Part shown: piece by piece, positions 1 through 9,050 of the stretch
Numbering within the stretch: the first letter of the stretch is position 1
How the letters are laid out: the number at the start of each line of letters is the position of its first letter
Assembly: GCA_963976765.1 (NCBI GenBank)
Contig: CAXBME010000009.1
Coordinates: 232,416 to 252,415, forward strand
DNA length: 20,000 nucleotides
Source of the DNA: an uncultured Planctomycetaceae bacterium
GTDB taxonomy: Bacteria > Planctomycetota > Planctomycetia > Planctomycetales > Planctomycetaceae
Direction: 5' to 3'
Notes under the pieces: generated by a model
Told to the model about the DNA's origin: nothing
What the model saw: only the letters and a program-made list of their open reading frames with translations
The model's database searches: none
Made by a program: the position numbers and the translations under genes

Positions 1-449
1 ACACTCGACAGACTGAACCGTTCTCCCTGCAGCAGAGGCGGCAGCACGAGTTTGCTTTTCCAGTCCGGTTGATATTCCGGGATGACGCTCTGAATCGCGG
101 CGTCCCGGCGTTGATAACAACCGGCTCCGTCCAGCATCGGCGTGATGTCTTCCGTTATGGAGTTCACCCCCAGCGAATCTGCCAGCAGTTCGCCCAGCGC
201 AAGGCTGTCGTCTTCGGAGTCCCGCTCCGGCATCATGATCCCGAAGACCCGCTGTGGACCGAGCGCCCGCACCGCCAGGGCTGCACACACGGTCGAGTCA
301 ATTCCGCCCGACAGGCCGAGCACCAGCCCTTTGCGTTTGAAGTCGACGGCGACAGTTTCACGCATCCAGTCGCAGATGCGATCGACCTCGGCTGCAGCGT
401 CAAGTTTCAGAAACTCACGTGAAAAAAAGGCGTGTGTCGCGACAGTCAT
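1..449 (-). CDS. nadE: NAD(+) synthetase-like N-type ATP pyrophosphatase, 5' part (runs off the window)
   Basis: Not in the ORF track; translated by hand from ATG at 449 (GGAG upstream): MTVATHAFFSREFLKLDAAAEVDRICDWMRETVAVDFKRKGLVLGLSGGIDSTVCAALAVRALGPQRVFGIMMPERDS... Contains the NadE PP-loop SGGIDS. Open to the window edge. Confidence 0.88.
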   Translation of the reverse strand, partial: MTVATHAFFSREFLKLDAAAEVDRICDWMRETVAVDFKRKGLVLGLSGGIDSTVCAALAVRALGPQRVFGIMMPERDSEDDSLALGELLADSLGVNSITEDITPMLDGAGCYQRRDAAIQSVIPEYQPDWKSKLVLPPLLQGERFSLSS

Positions 450-478
450 TATTGTTGTCTCCAAATACACCTGGCGTT

Positions 479-2017
479 CTACACCAGGACTTTCTTATCA
501 ATTTTGCCATTGGCGGTTCTGGGCAGGGCATCCCGAAACTCGACCTGCTGCGGAACCATGAAATCTTCCAGGAACGAACGGCAGTGAGACTGCACGTCGC
601 GAACACTCACCTCGGCGTCGGACTGCAGCCGCACAACGGCTCGCACGGCCTGGCCAAGAACTTCGTCTTCCACTCCGATGACTGCGGCTTCAGCGATCTG
701 CGGATGCTGATGCAGCACGTCTTCGACCTCTCGGGGACTGACCTTCTCGCCGCGGCTTTTGATGATGTCGTCCTTGCGACCAACCCAGTAAAGAAAGCCG
801 TCCTCGTCCGATCGGAACAGGTCGCCGGTTGAGAGCCACATTTCGTGTGGAATCCTGCCGGGCCTCAAACGCTGGGCTGTAAGTTCAGGTGCTTCCCAGT
901 ACCCCTTCATCACGTTCGAGCCACGCACGACCAGTTCGCCGAGTTCGTTCGGCCCGAGTTCGTTGCCGTCGTCGTCGAGGATCATCGTTTCGCAGTTTGG
1001 CATCGCGATGCCCACGGAGTCGGTCCGCCGGTCGATTTCTTCCGGCGGCAGGTAGCTGACCCGCTTGCACTCGGTCAGACCGTACATCGAGTAGATCCCC
1101 ACATCGGGCAGAAGTTTTCGCAGCGTGGTGATGTGCTCGACCGGGAATGCGGCTCCGGTGTTGCTGAAGTAACGCAGCTTCGACAGGTCGTACTTCTTCA
1201 GGTCCATCTGCAGCAGGATGGCCACGATGGTCGGCACGATCGGGAATCCGGTGACTCCAAGATTTACAATTCTTTCGAGAACTGCGTGCGGATAAGTGAA
1301 CGACTTTTCGAGGACCAGTGTGCCGCCGAAGTTGCAGCACATCAGCCATTGATACAGTCCGTAGTCGAAGCTGAGTGGCAGGACATTGAGCACAATATCG
1401 CCGGGAGTATTACACAGGTACGTTGTAATTGACCTGTTCGCCGCGACCATATTTGCATGAGCCAGCATCACACCTTTGGGGTTGCCTGTTGACCCTGAGG
1501 TATAAACCAGTGCGGCCAGGTCGACGTCGATGCAGCGCTTCGCGGGCGGTGTGACGTTGTCGCTGTGCTCGTCGACGAGATCACTCCAGCCCGTCAGGGG
1601 ATGCATGCAGTCGGCAACGTCCTCCGGGGCACCAACGACAACGACATTTCGCAGATGCGGTGTCTCTGACCAGATGGACTCGCAGCTACGCAGCCGTTTG
1701 CTCTGTCCAATAATGCAGACAGCTCGCGAGTTATTGAGCAGATACGTCAGCTTGTCGGGCTTCGTCGTGGGATTGGCCATGACGAACACTGCCCCGGCCT
1801 TGAGTACGGCCCACACACCGACTGCGGCCTCAACACAATTGTCGAGAAACAGCACGACGCGATCGCCACGCTGCACACCACGCGCGATCAGACCGTGGGC
1901 GAGTTGATTCGCTTCGGTTTCGATCTCGCGGTACGTGAGCTGGCGGTCGCCAACGATCAGCGCGACCTTGTCCGGAGTCCGCGCCGCCGTCTGTTCGAGA
2001 AACTCTTCAAGTTGCAT
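479..2017 (-). CDS. Class I adenylate-forming enzyme (AMP-binding acyl/aminoacyl ligase)
   Basis: Motifs YTSGSTGNPKG, SFDYG, YGLTE, TGD, GRKDDIIKSRGEKVSPREVE, PRTANGKIDK. Start moved from 2149 (overlaps the ACP gene) to ATG 2017 (MQLEEFLEQ). Confidence 0.92.
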   Translation of the reverse strand: MQLEEFLEQTAARTPDKVALIVGDRQLTYREIETEANQLAHGLIARGVQRGDRVVLFLDNCVEAAVGVWAVLKAGAVFVMANPTTKPDKLTYLLNNSRAVCIIGQSKRLRSCESIWSETPHLRNVVVVGAPEDVADCMHPLTGWSDLVDEHSDNVTPPAKRCIDVDLAALVYTSGSTGNPKGVMLAHANMVAANRSITTYLCNTPGDIVLNVLPLSFDYGLYQWLMCCNFGGTLVLEKSFTYPHAVLERIVNLGVTGFPIVPTIVAILLQMDLKKYDLSKLRYFSNTGAAFPVEHITTLRKLLPDVGIYSMYGLTECKRVSYLPPEEIDRRTDSVGIAMPNCETMILDDDGNELGPNELGELVVRGSNVMKGYWEAPELTAQRLRPGRIPHEMWLSTGDLFRSDEDGFLYWVGRKDDIIKSRGEKVSPREVEDVLHQHPQIAEAAVIGVEDEVLGQAVRAVVRLQSDAEVSVRDVQSHCRSFLEDFMVPQQVEFRDALPRTANGKIDKKVLV

Positions 2018-2120
2018 GTGTTGTGTTCCATATTGGAAACCGAAGTCCGCCTGTAGTAGCCACGTTCGCCAGAGCGTGATCGGGCTCCACCGTCCGGCGA
2101 CGGTGGCTACGTTGTGATCC

Positions 2121-2378
2121 CTATTTGGCTTCTTCCACCTTGGCCTCAATGAAAGTGATCAGGCGGTTGATCGAGTCGAGGTTGTCCGGCACGAGTTCTT
2201 CGTCTTCGACTGTGACGTCGAACTTGTCCTCAATGAACGTGACCAGTTCGAGCACGCCGGTTGAGTCGATGAGACCTTCTTCCAGCAGCGAGTCATCGCC
2301 GTCCAGCGACACGTTGGTGCGGCCAAAGAGGAAGTTGTCGGTCACGAACTCACGAACGTCGTTTTCAATCGCGGGCAT
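2121..2378 (-). CDS. Acyl carrier protein
   Basis: 85 aa, strongly acidic, with GLIDSTGVLELV phosphopantetheine Ser motif. Lies between asnB and the ligase. Confidence 0.93.
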   Translation of the reverse strand: MPAIENDVREFVTDNFLFGRTNVSLDGDDSLLEEGLIDSTGVLELVTFIEDKFDVTVEDEELVPDNLDSINRLITFIEAKVEEAK

Positions 2379-2411
2379 GTTGTTGTTCTTTCCTGATAGT
2401 AGATTGGTTAG

Positions 2412-4373
2412 TCACACGGGGACCGTGTCCGGCACATCGACCGGCCGTCCCTTTACAAACTGTTCCACAACAAGCTGAGTCGACAGCACGCCGACCAGCG
2501 CCATGTTGTCTTTCGTGCCGATCGCGGCTCCGCGGCGAGCCTTCTCCACCAGCTTGCTGACGACGCCCGGATCGAAAAGCCCAGCCTCTTCAATGGCAGA
2601 CTGCGAGAGCATCGCGTCGACATATTCGAAGCGGGCCATTCCAGAGTCGGTGTCGAAGAAGCTGTGCGCATCCGGTGCCCGGTACGGTTGCTTGGCACGC
2701 TGCCGGATCGAATCCGGGACGAGATGTTTCGTGGCGTTCTTGAGAATGTGTTTCTCGTCGAGGCCCGCCATCTTGAGTCGCGACGGCAGCTTTGCACCGA
2801 ACTCGACCAGACGGTGATCGAGGAACGGGAACCGACCCTCGATGCTGTTGGCCATCGTCATGCGATCACCCTGCGACGACAGGATGTAACCCGGCATCAG
2901 TCCGCGCGTTTCCAGGTACTGTGCCTGCTCGAAGGAATCCCATTGTCGAAACGCAGCCGGCAGTTGTGCCTCGGCCTCGGTCACAGGATCGTGGTCGAAT
3001 GTGGCTGCGAGCACGTCTGGCGTGAAGAACGCTTTCAACTTGCCGGTCAGTTCGAATCGCGGCAGGTGCGAGAAGAACGGATTCCCAGTCGTTTCCGGCT
3101 TCACACCGAAGAACGCTCGCAGATACGCCGGTGGCTGCGACTGAATGTTTTTCATGTACGGGTACAGCCGCTGGAGCAGCAGCGGTCGCACCCGCGACTC
3201 CGGCAACCGAGACCAGAAACGACGTAGCTTCGCCTCTTTGAATATGTCGTAGCCGCCGAATGCCTCGTCCGCTCCTTCGCCGGTCAGGACCACCTTGATG
3301 CCCGCATCACGCACGAGTCTCGATAATAGAAACATCGGAGCCGGCGCCGTTCGCAGGATCGGCGTCTCGGTGTGACGAATGACCTGTGGGAAGATTCTGC
3401 CGATGTCGTCGTGCGAACAGCGGACCGTGTGATGCTCGGTGCCGAGCCGCCGGGCGACTTCCTGTTGAAAGGTGCTCTCGTCGAACTCTGGATTCTCAAA
3501 TTCGACGGAAAACGTGCTGAGTCGCTCGCGGTTTAGGTCTTTGGCCAGAGCGGAGGTGATCGATGAGTCGAGCCCGCCGGAGAGATACGCTCCGACCGGT
3601 ACATCGCTGCGCAGCCGCAGCCGCGTCGCATCTGTGAGCAGGTCGAGCAATTGGTCTTCGAGTTCGCGGGACGAGATATTGTCGAAGGTCTCAGAGAAGT
3701 CGACATCCCAATACCGGGACACCGTGATCTTGCCCTCTTGGACAGTCAGCGAGTGACTCGGCGGCAAAAGGTTGATGCCTTCAAAAATCGTCCTCGGAGA
3801 CTGCGGTGACCAGAATGTGCAGAGCTGATCGAGACCCACCGGATCGATGGCTCTGCTGACGCCTGGATGTGCGAAGATCGCCTTCACCTCGGAAGCGAAC
3901 AGAAACGTCTGGCCGCTGGTGGTGTAATACAGTGGCCGGATTCCAAGCCGGTCGCGCGAGAGGAACAGCTTTTTCTGACTGGCGTCCTGGATCGCGAAAG
4001 CCCACTGGCCGTTGAGGTGTCTGACGCAGTCCTCGCCCCATTCGGCGTACGCCTGCATAACGACTTCGGTATCGGACGTCGTCGTGAATCTTCGGCCGCG
4101 GCCGATCAGTTCCTGCCGCAGCTCGATGTAATTGAAAATTTCGCCGTTGAACGTGATGACCAGGTCAGCGTTATGGTCTTTGAACGTCATCGGCTGCACG
4201 CCGCCGGCGAGATCGATGATGCTCAACCGTGTATGGCCGAGGGCGACCGACCCGCGCAGTTCAACCCCGTGTGCATCCGGACCGCGGTGATCCAGCGTCG
4301 CGACCATGTCCTCGACCGCTTCCTGTCGCACGGGCTGCCCGTCGAGTCTCTGGATGCCTGCAATTCCACACAT
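2412..4373 (-). CDS. asnB: Asparagine synthase (glutamine-hydrolysing) family amidotransferase
   Basis: True start MCGIAG at 4373 (Ntn Cys2). Motifs HRGPD, RLSIID, FNGEIFN, RDRLGIRPLYY, LSGGLDSS, TGEGADE, RFPFLD. Confidence 0.95.
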   Translation of the reverse strand: MCGIAGIQRLDGQPVRQEAVEDMVATLDHRGPDAHGVELRGSVALGHTRLSIIDLAGGVQPMTFKDHNADLVITFNGEIFNYIELRQELIGRGRRFTTTSDTEVVMQAYAEWGEDCVRHLNGQWAFAIQDASQKKLFLSRDRLGIRPLYYTTSGQTFLFASEVKAIFAHPGVSRAIDPVGLDQLCTFWSPQSPRTIFEGINLLPPSHSLTVQEGKITVSRYWDVDFSETFDNISSRELEDQLLDLLTDATRLRLRSDVPVGAYLSGGLDSSITSALAKDLNRERLSTFSVEFENPEFDESTFQQEVARRLGTEHHTVRCSHDDIGRIFPQVIRHTETPILRTAPAPMFLLSRLVRDAGIKVVLTGEGADEAFGGYDIFKEAKLRRFWSRLPESRVRPLLLQRLYPYMKNIQSQPPAYLRAFFGVKPETTGNPFFSHLPRFELTGKLKAFFTPDVLAATFDHDPVTEAEAQLPAAFRQWDSFEQAQYLETRGLMPGYILSSQGDRMTMANSIEGRFPFLDHRLVEFGAKLPSRLKMAGLDEKHILKNATKHLVPDSIRQRAKQPYRAPDAHSFFDTDSGMARFEYVDAMLSQSAIEEAGLFDPGVVSKLVEKARRGAAIGTKDNMALVGVLSTQLVVEQFVKGRPVDVPDTVPV

Positions 4374-4786
4374 ATTCGATGCCCCAGTCCGACCTGAAAG
4401 CCTCGACAAACCGGAGGCCGCACAGAATTCGATTCACTCTCGACTGACTCTAGGTCGAGACGATCGAGCATGCAGACGCGATGCGGTGCAGGTGACCAGG
4501 AAATCGAAGACGAGGCCATCTGCGCGAAGATGCCGGATTGCGCACCCCGCAAATCGCCCATCCTCTGAACTGGAACTTTCAAATGGGCGAAATCGCCCCT
4601 TTCATACTTACGGACGGGCGATGCAGCCCTACGTCATGTTGGCGCTTCCGAGCGAGGCGAGACCAGGAAAACGTCGCGGTGTTTACAATGACCGATGCCT
4701 TTGCGCATTGTTGTAAAGCGACCGGAGTGTTACGCCAGGACGTTCTACATCCGGCATTCTGTCGGTTTCGTTATTGGAGAGTTGAA

Positions 4787-6478
4787 GTGAAACAGGCCAT
4801 CAATCTGCTCGCTTTCACGGTTGTCCCACTGTGCCTGGCATCGTGCAGTCATGAGCCCAGCCCGGATGAGACGTCACACGAGCAGCATTCCGTCTCATCA
4901 GATACGCATGCGGTGGCTCAGTCGAATGACACCAGTCACACGACGCACAGCTCACACGATGGGCACGGTCAGAATCAACATGCTCACGGCGAGCACGGAA
5001 ACAACCAGCACTCAGTCAGCGATCACGGCCATGCCTCACATGGGCACGCAGACACTTCGCATGGAGAACACGACGCCGCTCACAGTCGTAACTCCGCGCA
5101 GGGTGATAAAGCAGCACATCGGCATCACGGGGTAGATGAAGGGCACTCGAAACACGGCCACACGGCACACGCAAAGGACAAAGACGGTCACGACAGTCAT
5201 GGACACGGCCAGGGAGATGCTCAGCGAAAAGATGACAAGCCGCGTTCGACGACCGACGTGGGCAACGCGGAGACCGAACGACTCGCAGCCGAACTCGCGG
5301 ACGCTGATGCCGCGACCATTTTCTCCAGCCGCATTCTGCCGATCCTGAAATCGGACAGTGCTTCAAGCTGCACCGAGTGCCACTTCGTCGGTGTGGAACT
5401 GCGTGACTTCATTCTCGAAGACCAGGCGAAGACGTTCGCGTCGCTGAAGTCCACCGGCATGATCGACGTCGATCAACCGGATAAGTCAAAGATTCTGCGG
5501 TTCATCAGTCGCAAGCAGGAGAAGTCCGATCCGCTTATTGAGAAAGTCCGCTCGACGGAACTCGTTGCGTTCCGGGCATGGATTCGCGCTGCCGTTCACG
5601 AGCCGGAGCTGCTCAAGGCAACGTCAGACGTCGAGGTCGGCACAAGTCTGCCGCCCGCGGTCATCCGGCATGCCCGTCGCGACCGAGTGCTGTCGTCGTT
5701 TATCGACAACATCTGGAGCGAGATGGGCCGTTGCATCAACTGCCACGACCCGGAACGCAACCGCCAGAAGATTGGTCGCAACGGTTTGACGAAAGAGGAC
5801 GTCGATGCCATCTCGTGGATCGTCCCGCGTGACCCGGCCGGCACACTGCTTGAACTCGTCGACTCGGGCAACATCGACGTGGACGATCCGGCCGCGAGCC
5901 TGGTACTCACCAAACCGGCGGGACTCGACGACCACGGCGGCGGGCCAAAGTTCTTTCCTGGCAGCCCAACGTACCGCAACTTCCTTGCGTTCCTGACGGA
6001 CTACGTCGACATCAAGAACGGGGAGTACGCAACACCCAGCGACCTGCCTGAAGCACAGGAAGAAATCTCGCTGCTGAGCGAACAGCAGCTTCGCGTTACC
6101 GACATACCCGCCGCCTTCAGCGACCTACCGCTGCAGGTTGACATCTACCGCCGCATCCCCCGCACGGGCAAGTGGTCGGAGCACCGCTGGGCGACCGGTT
6201 TCAGTCGAGTGAACGGCAAACGCCACGTCTGGCAGAACCCGATCCTCGTCACGGCTCCGGCGGACTCACCTTTGGCGAAAGAATTTCGTGAACGCAAACT
6301 CCTGCCGTCTGGCGAATACCGCATCCGCATCCTTATCGACCGGGAGCGTAAGACCGTGAAAGACCCGACGTACGAACTCGCCGAAGCGGAGTTCGTCGCC
6401 GAGGTCCAGATCAGCGGAACCTGGAAACCCGGCTATCAGCCTCCGAAGGAAGTGCGTTTCCCGCCTGCCCGCGATTGA
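4787..6478 (+). CDS. His-rich, putative diheme cytochrome c lipoprotein (planctomycete type)
   Basis: GTG at 4787 behind GGAGA. Signal peptide ends LASC (lipobox). About 120-aa His/Gly/Ser/Asp-rich tract, then two CxxCH motifs (CTECH, CINCH), each followed by a similar (G)xIDVDxPxxSxxL segment. HGGG motif after the second. Confidence 0.75.
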   Translation: MKQAINLLAFTVVPLCLASCSHEPSPDETSHEQHSVSSDTHAVAQSNDTSHTTHSSHDGHGQNQHAHGEHGNNQHSVSDHGHASHGHADTSHGEHDAAHSRNSAQGDKAAHRHHGVDEGHSKHGHTAHAKDKDGHDSHGHGQGDAQRKDDKPRSTTDVGNAETERLAAELADADAATIFSSRILPILKSDSASSCTECHFVGVELRDFILEDQAKTFASLKSTGMIDVDQPDKSKILRFISRKQEKSDPLIEKVRSTELVAFRAWIRAAVHEPELLKATSDVEVGTSLPPAVIRHARRDRVLSSFIDNIWSEMGRCINCHDPERNRQKIGRNGLTKEDVDAISWIVPRDPAGTLLELVDSGNIDVDDPAASLVLTKPAGLDDHGGGPKFFPGSPTYRNFLAFLTDYVDIKNGEYATPSDLPEAQEEISLLSEQQLRVTDIPAAFSDLPLQVDIYRRIPRTGKWSEHRWATGFSRVNGKRHVWQNPILVTAPADSPLAKEFRERKLLPSGEYRIRILIDRERKTVKDPTYELAEAEFVAEVQISGTWKPGYQPPKEVRFPPARD

Positions 6479-6562
6479 CTGCTGCCGCGACGGCCTCGCT
6501 GATATCCTGCAGTGACCGGTGCGTTGAAACCGGGCAACGAACATGGCAGGTGTCCGGCCGGG

Positions 6563-7567
6563 ATGAATCAGGCTGTGGGAAAACGAAAAGCGGGATTCAC
6601 ACTCATCGAGCTGCTGCTTGTCATCAGCATCATTGCCGTGCTGGTCGCATTGCTGCTGCCCGCTGTTCAGCAGGCCCGTGAGGCTGCTCGAAGGACGCTG
6701 TGCCGAAACCATCTGAAGCAGATTGGGCTGGCGCTGCACAACTATCAGTCGCTGAACGGGAAGTTTCCGCCCAGCTTCTGTGCCGACCCGGATACCGACG
6801 GTGGCGAGTGGTCCATCCACGCGCGACTGCTGCCGTATCTCGAACACGCCAGTCTGCATGACCTGATTGATTTCGCGGATACATACGGCAGCGGTGATTC
6901 TGCCACGATTGCCATCCGCACGACCCGGGTCGCTCCGTATCTGTGCCCCAGCGAAGTGAAGGATCAGGCTCGGACAGACAGCACCGGAACGGCGACCGAC
7001 TATCCTGTGAACTACGGATTCAACTGCGGCACCTGGCGGGTGTGGGATAACACGACAAAGACTCCAGGCGATGGGGCATTCGCTCCAAACAGTGCCCTCG
7101 CCCCGGCCGCTATCACGGATGGTCTCAGTAATACTCTGGCGGCCGCCGAAGTCGCAGCCTTTACCCATTACCTGCGCGATGGCAGCGGCGGCTCGGCCAC
7201 CGCGCCGCCGGCATTCCTGATAGGCACACGTGGCGGAGACTTCAAACACACCGGTCACACCGAGTGGGTTGATGGCCGAGTACATCAGACAGGTTTTACG
7301 ACGACGTTCACGCCAAACACGAAAGTCCACCACGTTGTGGGTGGAGTTGCTTACGACATCGACTTCACTTCATGTCGCGAGGACAAGCCTGCTTCGGTCT
7401 GCACGGGACCTACTTACGCTTCCGTCACCTCGCGCAGTTACCACACGGGACTGGTCCATGTGCTGCTCATGGACGGCTCGGTGCGATCTGTCTCCGACTC
7501 GATCAACGCCACAATCTGGCAACGACTGGGCTCCAGGAATGACGGAGAGTCACTTGGCGAATTCTGA
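6563..7567 (+). CDS. DUF1559-family prepilin-type N-terminal cleavage/methylation protein
   Basis: GFTLIELLLVISIIAVLVALLLPAVQQAREAARR...C.NHLKQIGLALHNY; YLCPS; DGLSNT; C-terminal H-X9-DG (HTGLVHVLLMDGSVR). Start uncertain (6512 GTG or 6563 ATG). Confidence 0.93.
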   Translation: MNQAVGKRKAGFTLIELLLVISIIAVLVALLLPAVQQAREAARRTLCRNHLKQIGLALHNYQSLNGKFPPSFCADPDTDGGEWSIHARLLPYLEHASLHDLIDFADTYGSGDSATIAIRTTRVAPYLCPSEVKDQARTDSTGTATDYPVNYGFNCGTWRVWDNTTKTPGDGAFAPNSALAPAAITDGLSNTLAAAEVAAFTHYLRDGSGGSATAPPAFLIGTRGGDFKHTGHTEWVDGRVHQTGFTTTFTPNTKVHHVVGGVAYDIDFTSCREDKPASVCTGPTYASVTSRSYHTGLVHVLLMDGSVRSVSDSINATIWQRLGSRNDGESLGEF

Positions 7568-7790
7568 TCGCCCTGACCGAGTTCGTCATTGCAGTCCAGA
7601 TTCTCTGGCAACTGGCACCCAGTCGCCAAAGATCATCCGGTTCCGAAGCAGTGTGACCGACTTTGAAACGAAATGTCTACGAGCGGGCTGAGTCTTAATC
7701 CTCAATTCCACATTATCAGCCGATTGATGACTCTGCCGTTGAAACTTCATTGAGCCTCCAGCTCGATGTGAGGCATCTTCAAGAAGCTCA

Positions 7791-7840
7791 TTGATACGGG
7801 AGTACGGGGCGTAAACTGTCTTCAGGTGAACGAGACAAGG
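7791..7840 (+). promoter_or_regulatory. Degenerate mer-type promoter/operator remnant
   Basis: TTGATA(7791)...GTACGGGG...TAAACT(7812), then ctgtcttcaggt...gagaca. Resembles 13385-13434 and precedes the merR relic. Confidence 0.4.
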
Positions 7841-7876
7841 CGACTTCAACGCACAGCATTCGCTTGCCAACCGATG

Positions 7877-8142
7877 CAGTTGGTGAAATGGGAGCGGCGT
7901 TGAAGTCGAGACGGTTCGCTTCGACAAACGCAAAAGTCTGCTCGCCATGCCAAAGTGGATATCGGTACGACACCATCGACCGGCTGCTGTTAATTCGATA
8001 GGCGAAAGAACTCAGCTTCACTCCCGCAGCAATCAATGGACTACTCTCGTTGAGTGTTGACGAGGCCGCGAAGCGCACCAATGCCCAAAATCAGGCGCAA
8101 TCAAATATTGCAGACATCGAAAACTGCATTCGCTCATTGCGG
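7877..8142 (+). pseudogene. Decayed MerR-family regulator
   Basis: Three frames give QLVK / GVEVETVRFDKRKSLLAMP / SGYRYDTIDRLLLIR*AKELSFTPAAINGLLSLSVD...SNIADIENCIRSLR, matching the MerR HTH, wing and coiled coil. Two frameshifts and a TAG at 7999-8001. Confidence 0.8.
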
Positions 8143-8201
8143 AGTCGTAGTCGATACCGATGGAGTAGCTTCTCCGCTATCGACTACGAGTTGATCAACT
8201 C

Positions 8202-8408
8202 CTAGCGCTGCTTCTCGACATTTCTGAGGATGGTCGAAGCCGATGCGTCCATGGCGTGGCACAGCCGAAGCAGCATGTCAACGGTTGGAGATTTCCGATC
8301 GTTCTCCAGCATCGAAATATAGGTCCTGTCGACCTGGGCGCGATGCGCCAGCTCTTCCTGTGTCAGTCCCGCAGCTTCACGGGCGGTGCGTAATTCGAAT
8401 CCCAGCAT
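8202..8408 (-). CDS. XRE-family HTH regulator, controller (C) protein-like
   Basis: 68 aa: [37 protein letters not shown]. The DRTY recognition helix is typical of C proteins. Confidence 0.88.
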   Translation of the reverse strand: MLGFELRTAREAAGLTQEELAHRAQVDRTYISMLENDRKSPTVDMLLRLCHAMDASASTILRNVEKQR

Positions 8409-8432
8409 GGCCAGAAGTTACCTGGCCGGCAC

Positions 8433-8468
8433 CCGAATGACTGTTGACTATAGTCAACAGTCATTCGG
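8433..8468. promoter_or_regulatory. Perfect 36-bp palindrome, probable operator of the XRE protein
   Basis: CCGAATGACTGTTGACTA|TAGTCAACAGTCATTCGG, 18-bp perfect arms, 24 nt upstream of the XRE start. Centre GACTATAGTC; TTGACT present on both strands. Confidence 0.85.
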
Positions 8469-8585
8469 CAGGATAGCATGGCCTGGAAAGCCTCAGGCTG
8501 ACTCAGAATCAAGCGATTTGCAGCACCTGTGCCCACACCGACTCAGGGCCTGACTCCTCACCAGTTCTCTTCAAGAGAGGAAGAT

Positions 8586-9050
8586 ATGCGTCATTTCGAC
8601 ACCCGAACCGCCGCTGCGTTTTTCGCCGTCGCGCTGTTGGCCACTGGCGGTTGCTCGCAGCCGAAGTCCGGAACGTACTTCGAGCCGGAGATCACAGCAC
8701 GTCACGGCGGATTCTTTTCGTACGACATCAAGTTCACGCTGAACGCCATCAACCAGATCGACTGGATTCGTGACGCCGACAACCAGGTGACGAATACCAG
8801 CACACCAGTCAGCACTGATTTGCGCGAAGTCGAGTTGAATGTGACCGTTCACTACTCGCAGGGGGCAACACATGAGACGCAGGCGTTTGACGCGAGATGG
8901 CAGTTCGGCGAGCAACTGATCGTCAATGTCCCGGCGACAGCGGCAATTCAGGGGTACGACGTTAAGGGCACCGGCTACGTCTTCGACGAATCCGGTGCGT
9001 ACCTCGCCACGGTACCGATCGACTCCAGCTTTCGAACGACTTCGGAATGA
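8586..9050 (+). CDS. Hypothetical lipoprotein
   Basis: ATG 8586 behind GAGGA. MRHFDTRTAAAFFAVALLATGGC signal/lipobox followed by a beta-rich body. Confidence 0.7.
   Translation: MRHFDTRTAAAFFAVALLATGGCSQPKSGTYFEPEITARHGGFFSYDIKFTLNAINQIDWIRDADNQVTNTSTPVSTDLREVELNVTVHYSQGATHETQAFDARWQFGEQLIVNVPATAAIQGYDVKGTGYVFDESGAYLATVPIDSSFRTTSE

Noticed and set aside
4620..4670. Possible yybP-ykoY (Mn) riboswitch, suggested by CGTCAT and GGCGAGACC
   Set aside because: The conserved 5' GGGGAGTAGC segment and a P1 partner are absent.
4538..4786. N-terminal extensions in the ORF track (also 2018-2149, 4374-4409, 16253-16405, 19755-19910)
   Set aside because: Downstream starts have RBSs or family-typical N-termini; the extensions overlap operators or neighbouring genes.
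4850..5220. Repetitive cacgg/catg motifs as a tandem repeat array or CRISPR
   Set aside because: Explained by His/Gly codons; no fixed-length repeat-spacer structure.
6266..7333. 355-aa minus-strand ORF, and other long antisense ORFs such as 9351-10199, 845-1432 and 15229-15885
   Set aside because: Shadow ORFs of well-supported genes in GC-rich DNA; no recognisable motifs.
7763..7785. Short similarity (tcgatgtgaggcatcttcaaga) to the desaturase 3' end near 13236-13257
   Set aside because: Only about 22 nt with mismatches and not extendable by eye; could be chance.
7586..8081. Minus-strand ORFs of 120 aa and 97 aa
   Set aside because: No RBS or motifs; they overlap the plus-strand merR relic.
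8038..8100. Excisionase-like SVDEAAKR peptide
   Set aside because: Better explained as part of the MerR relic.
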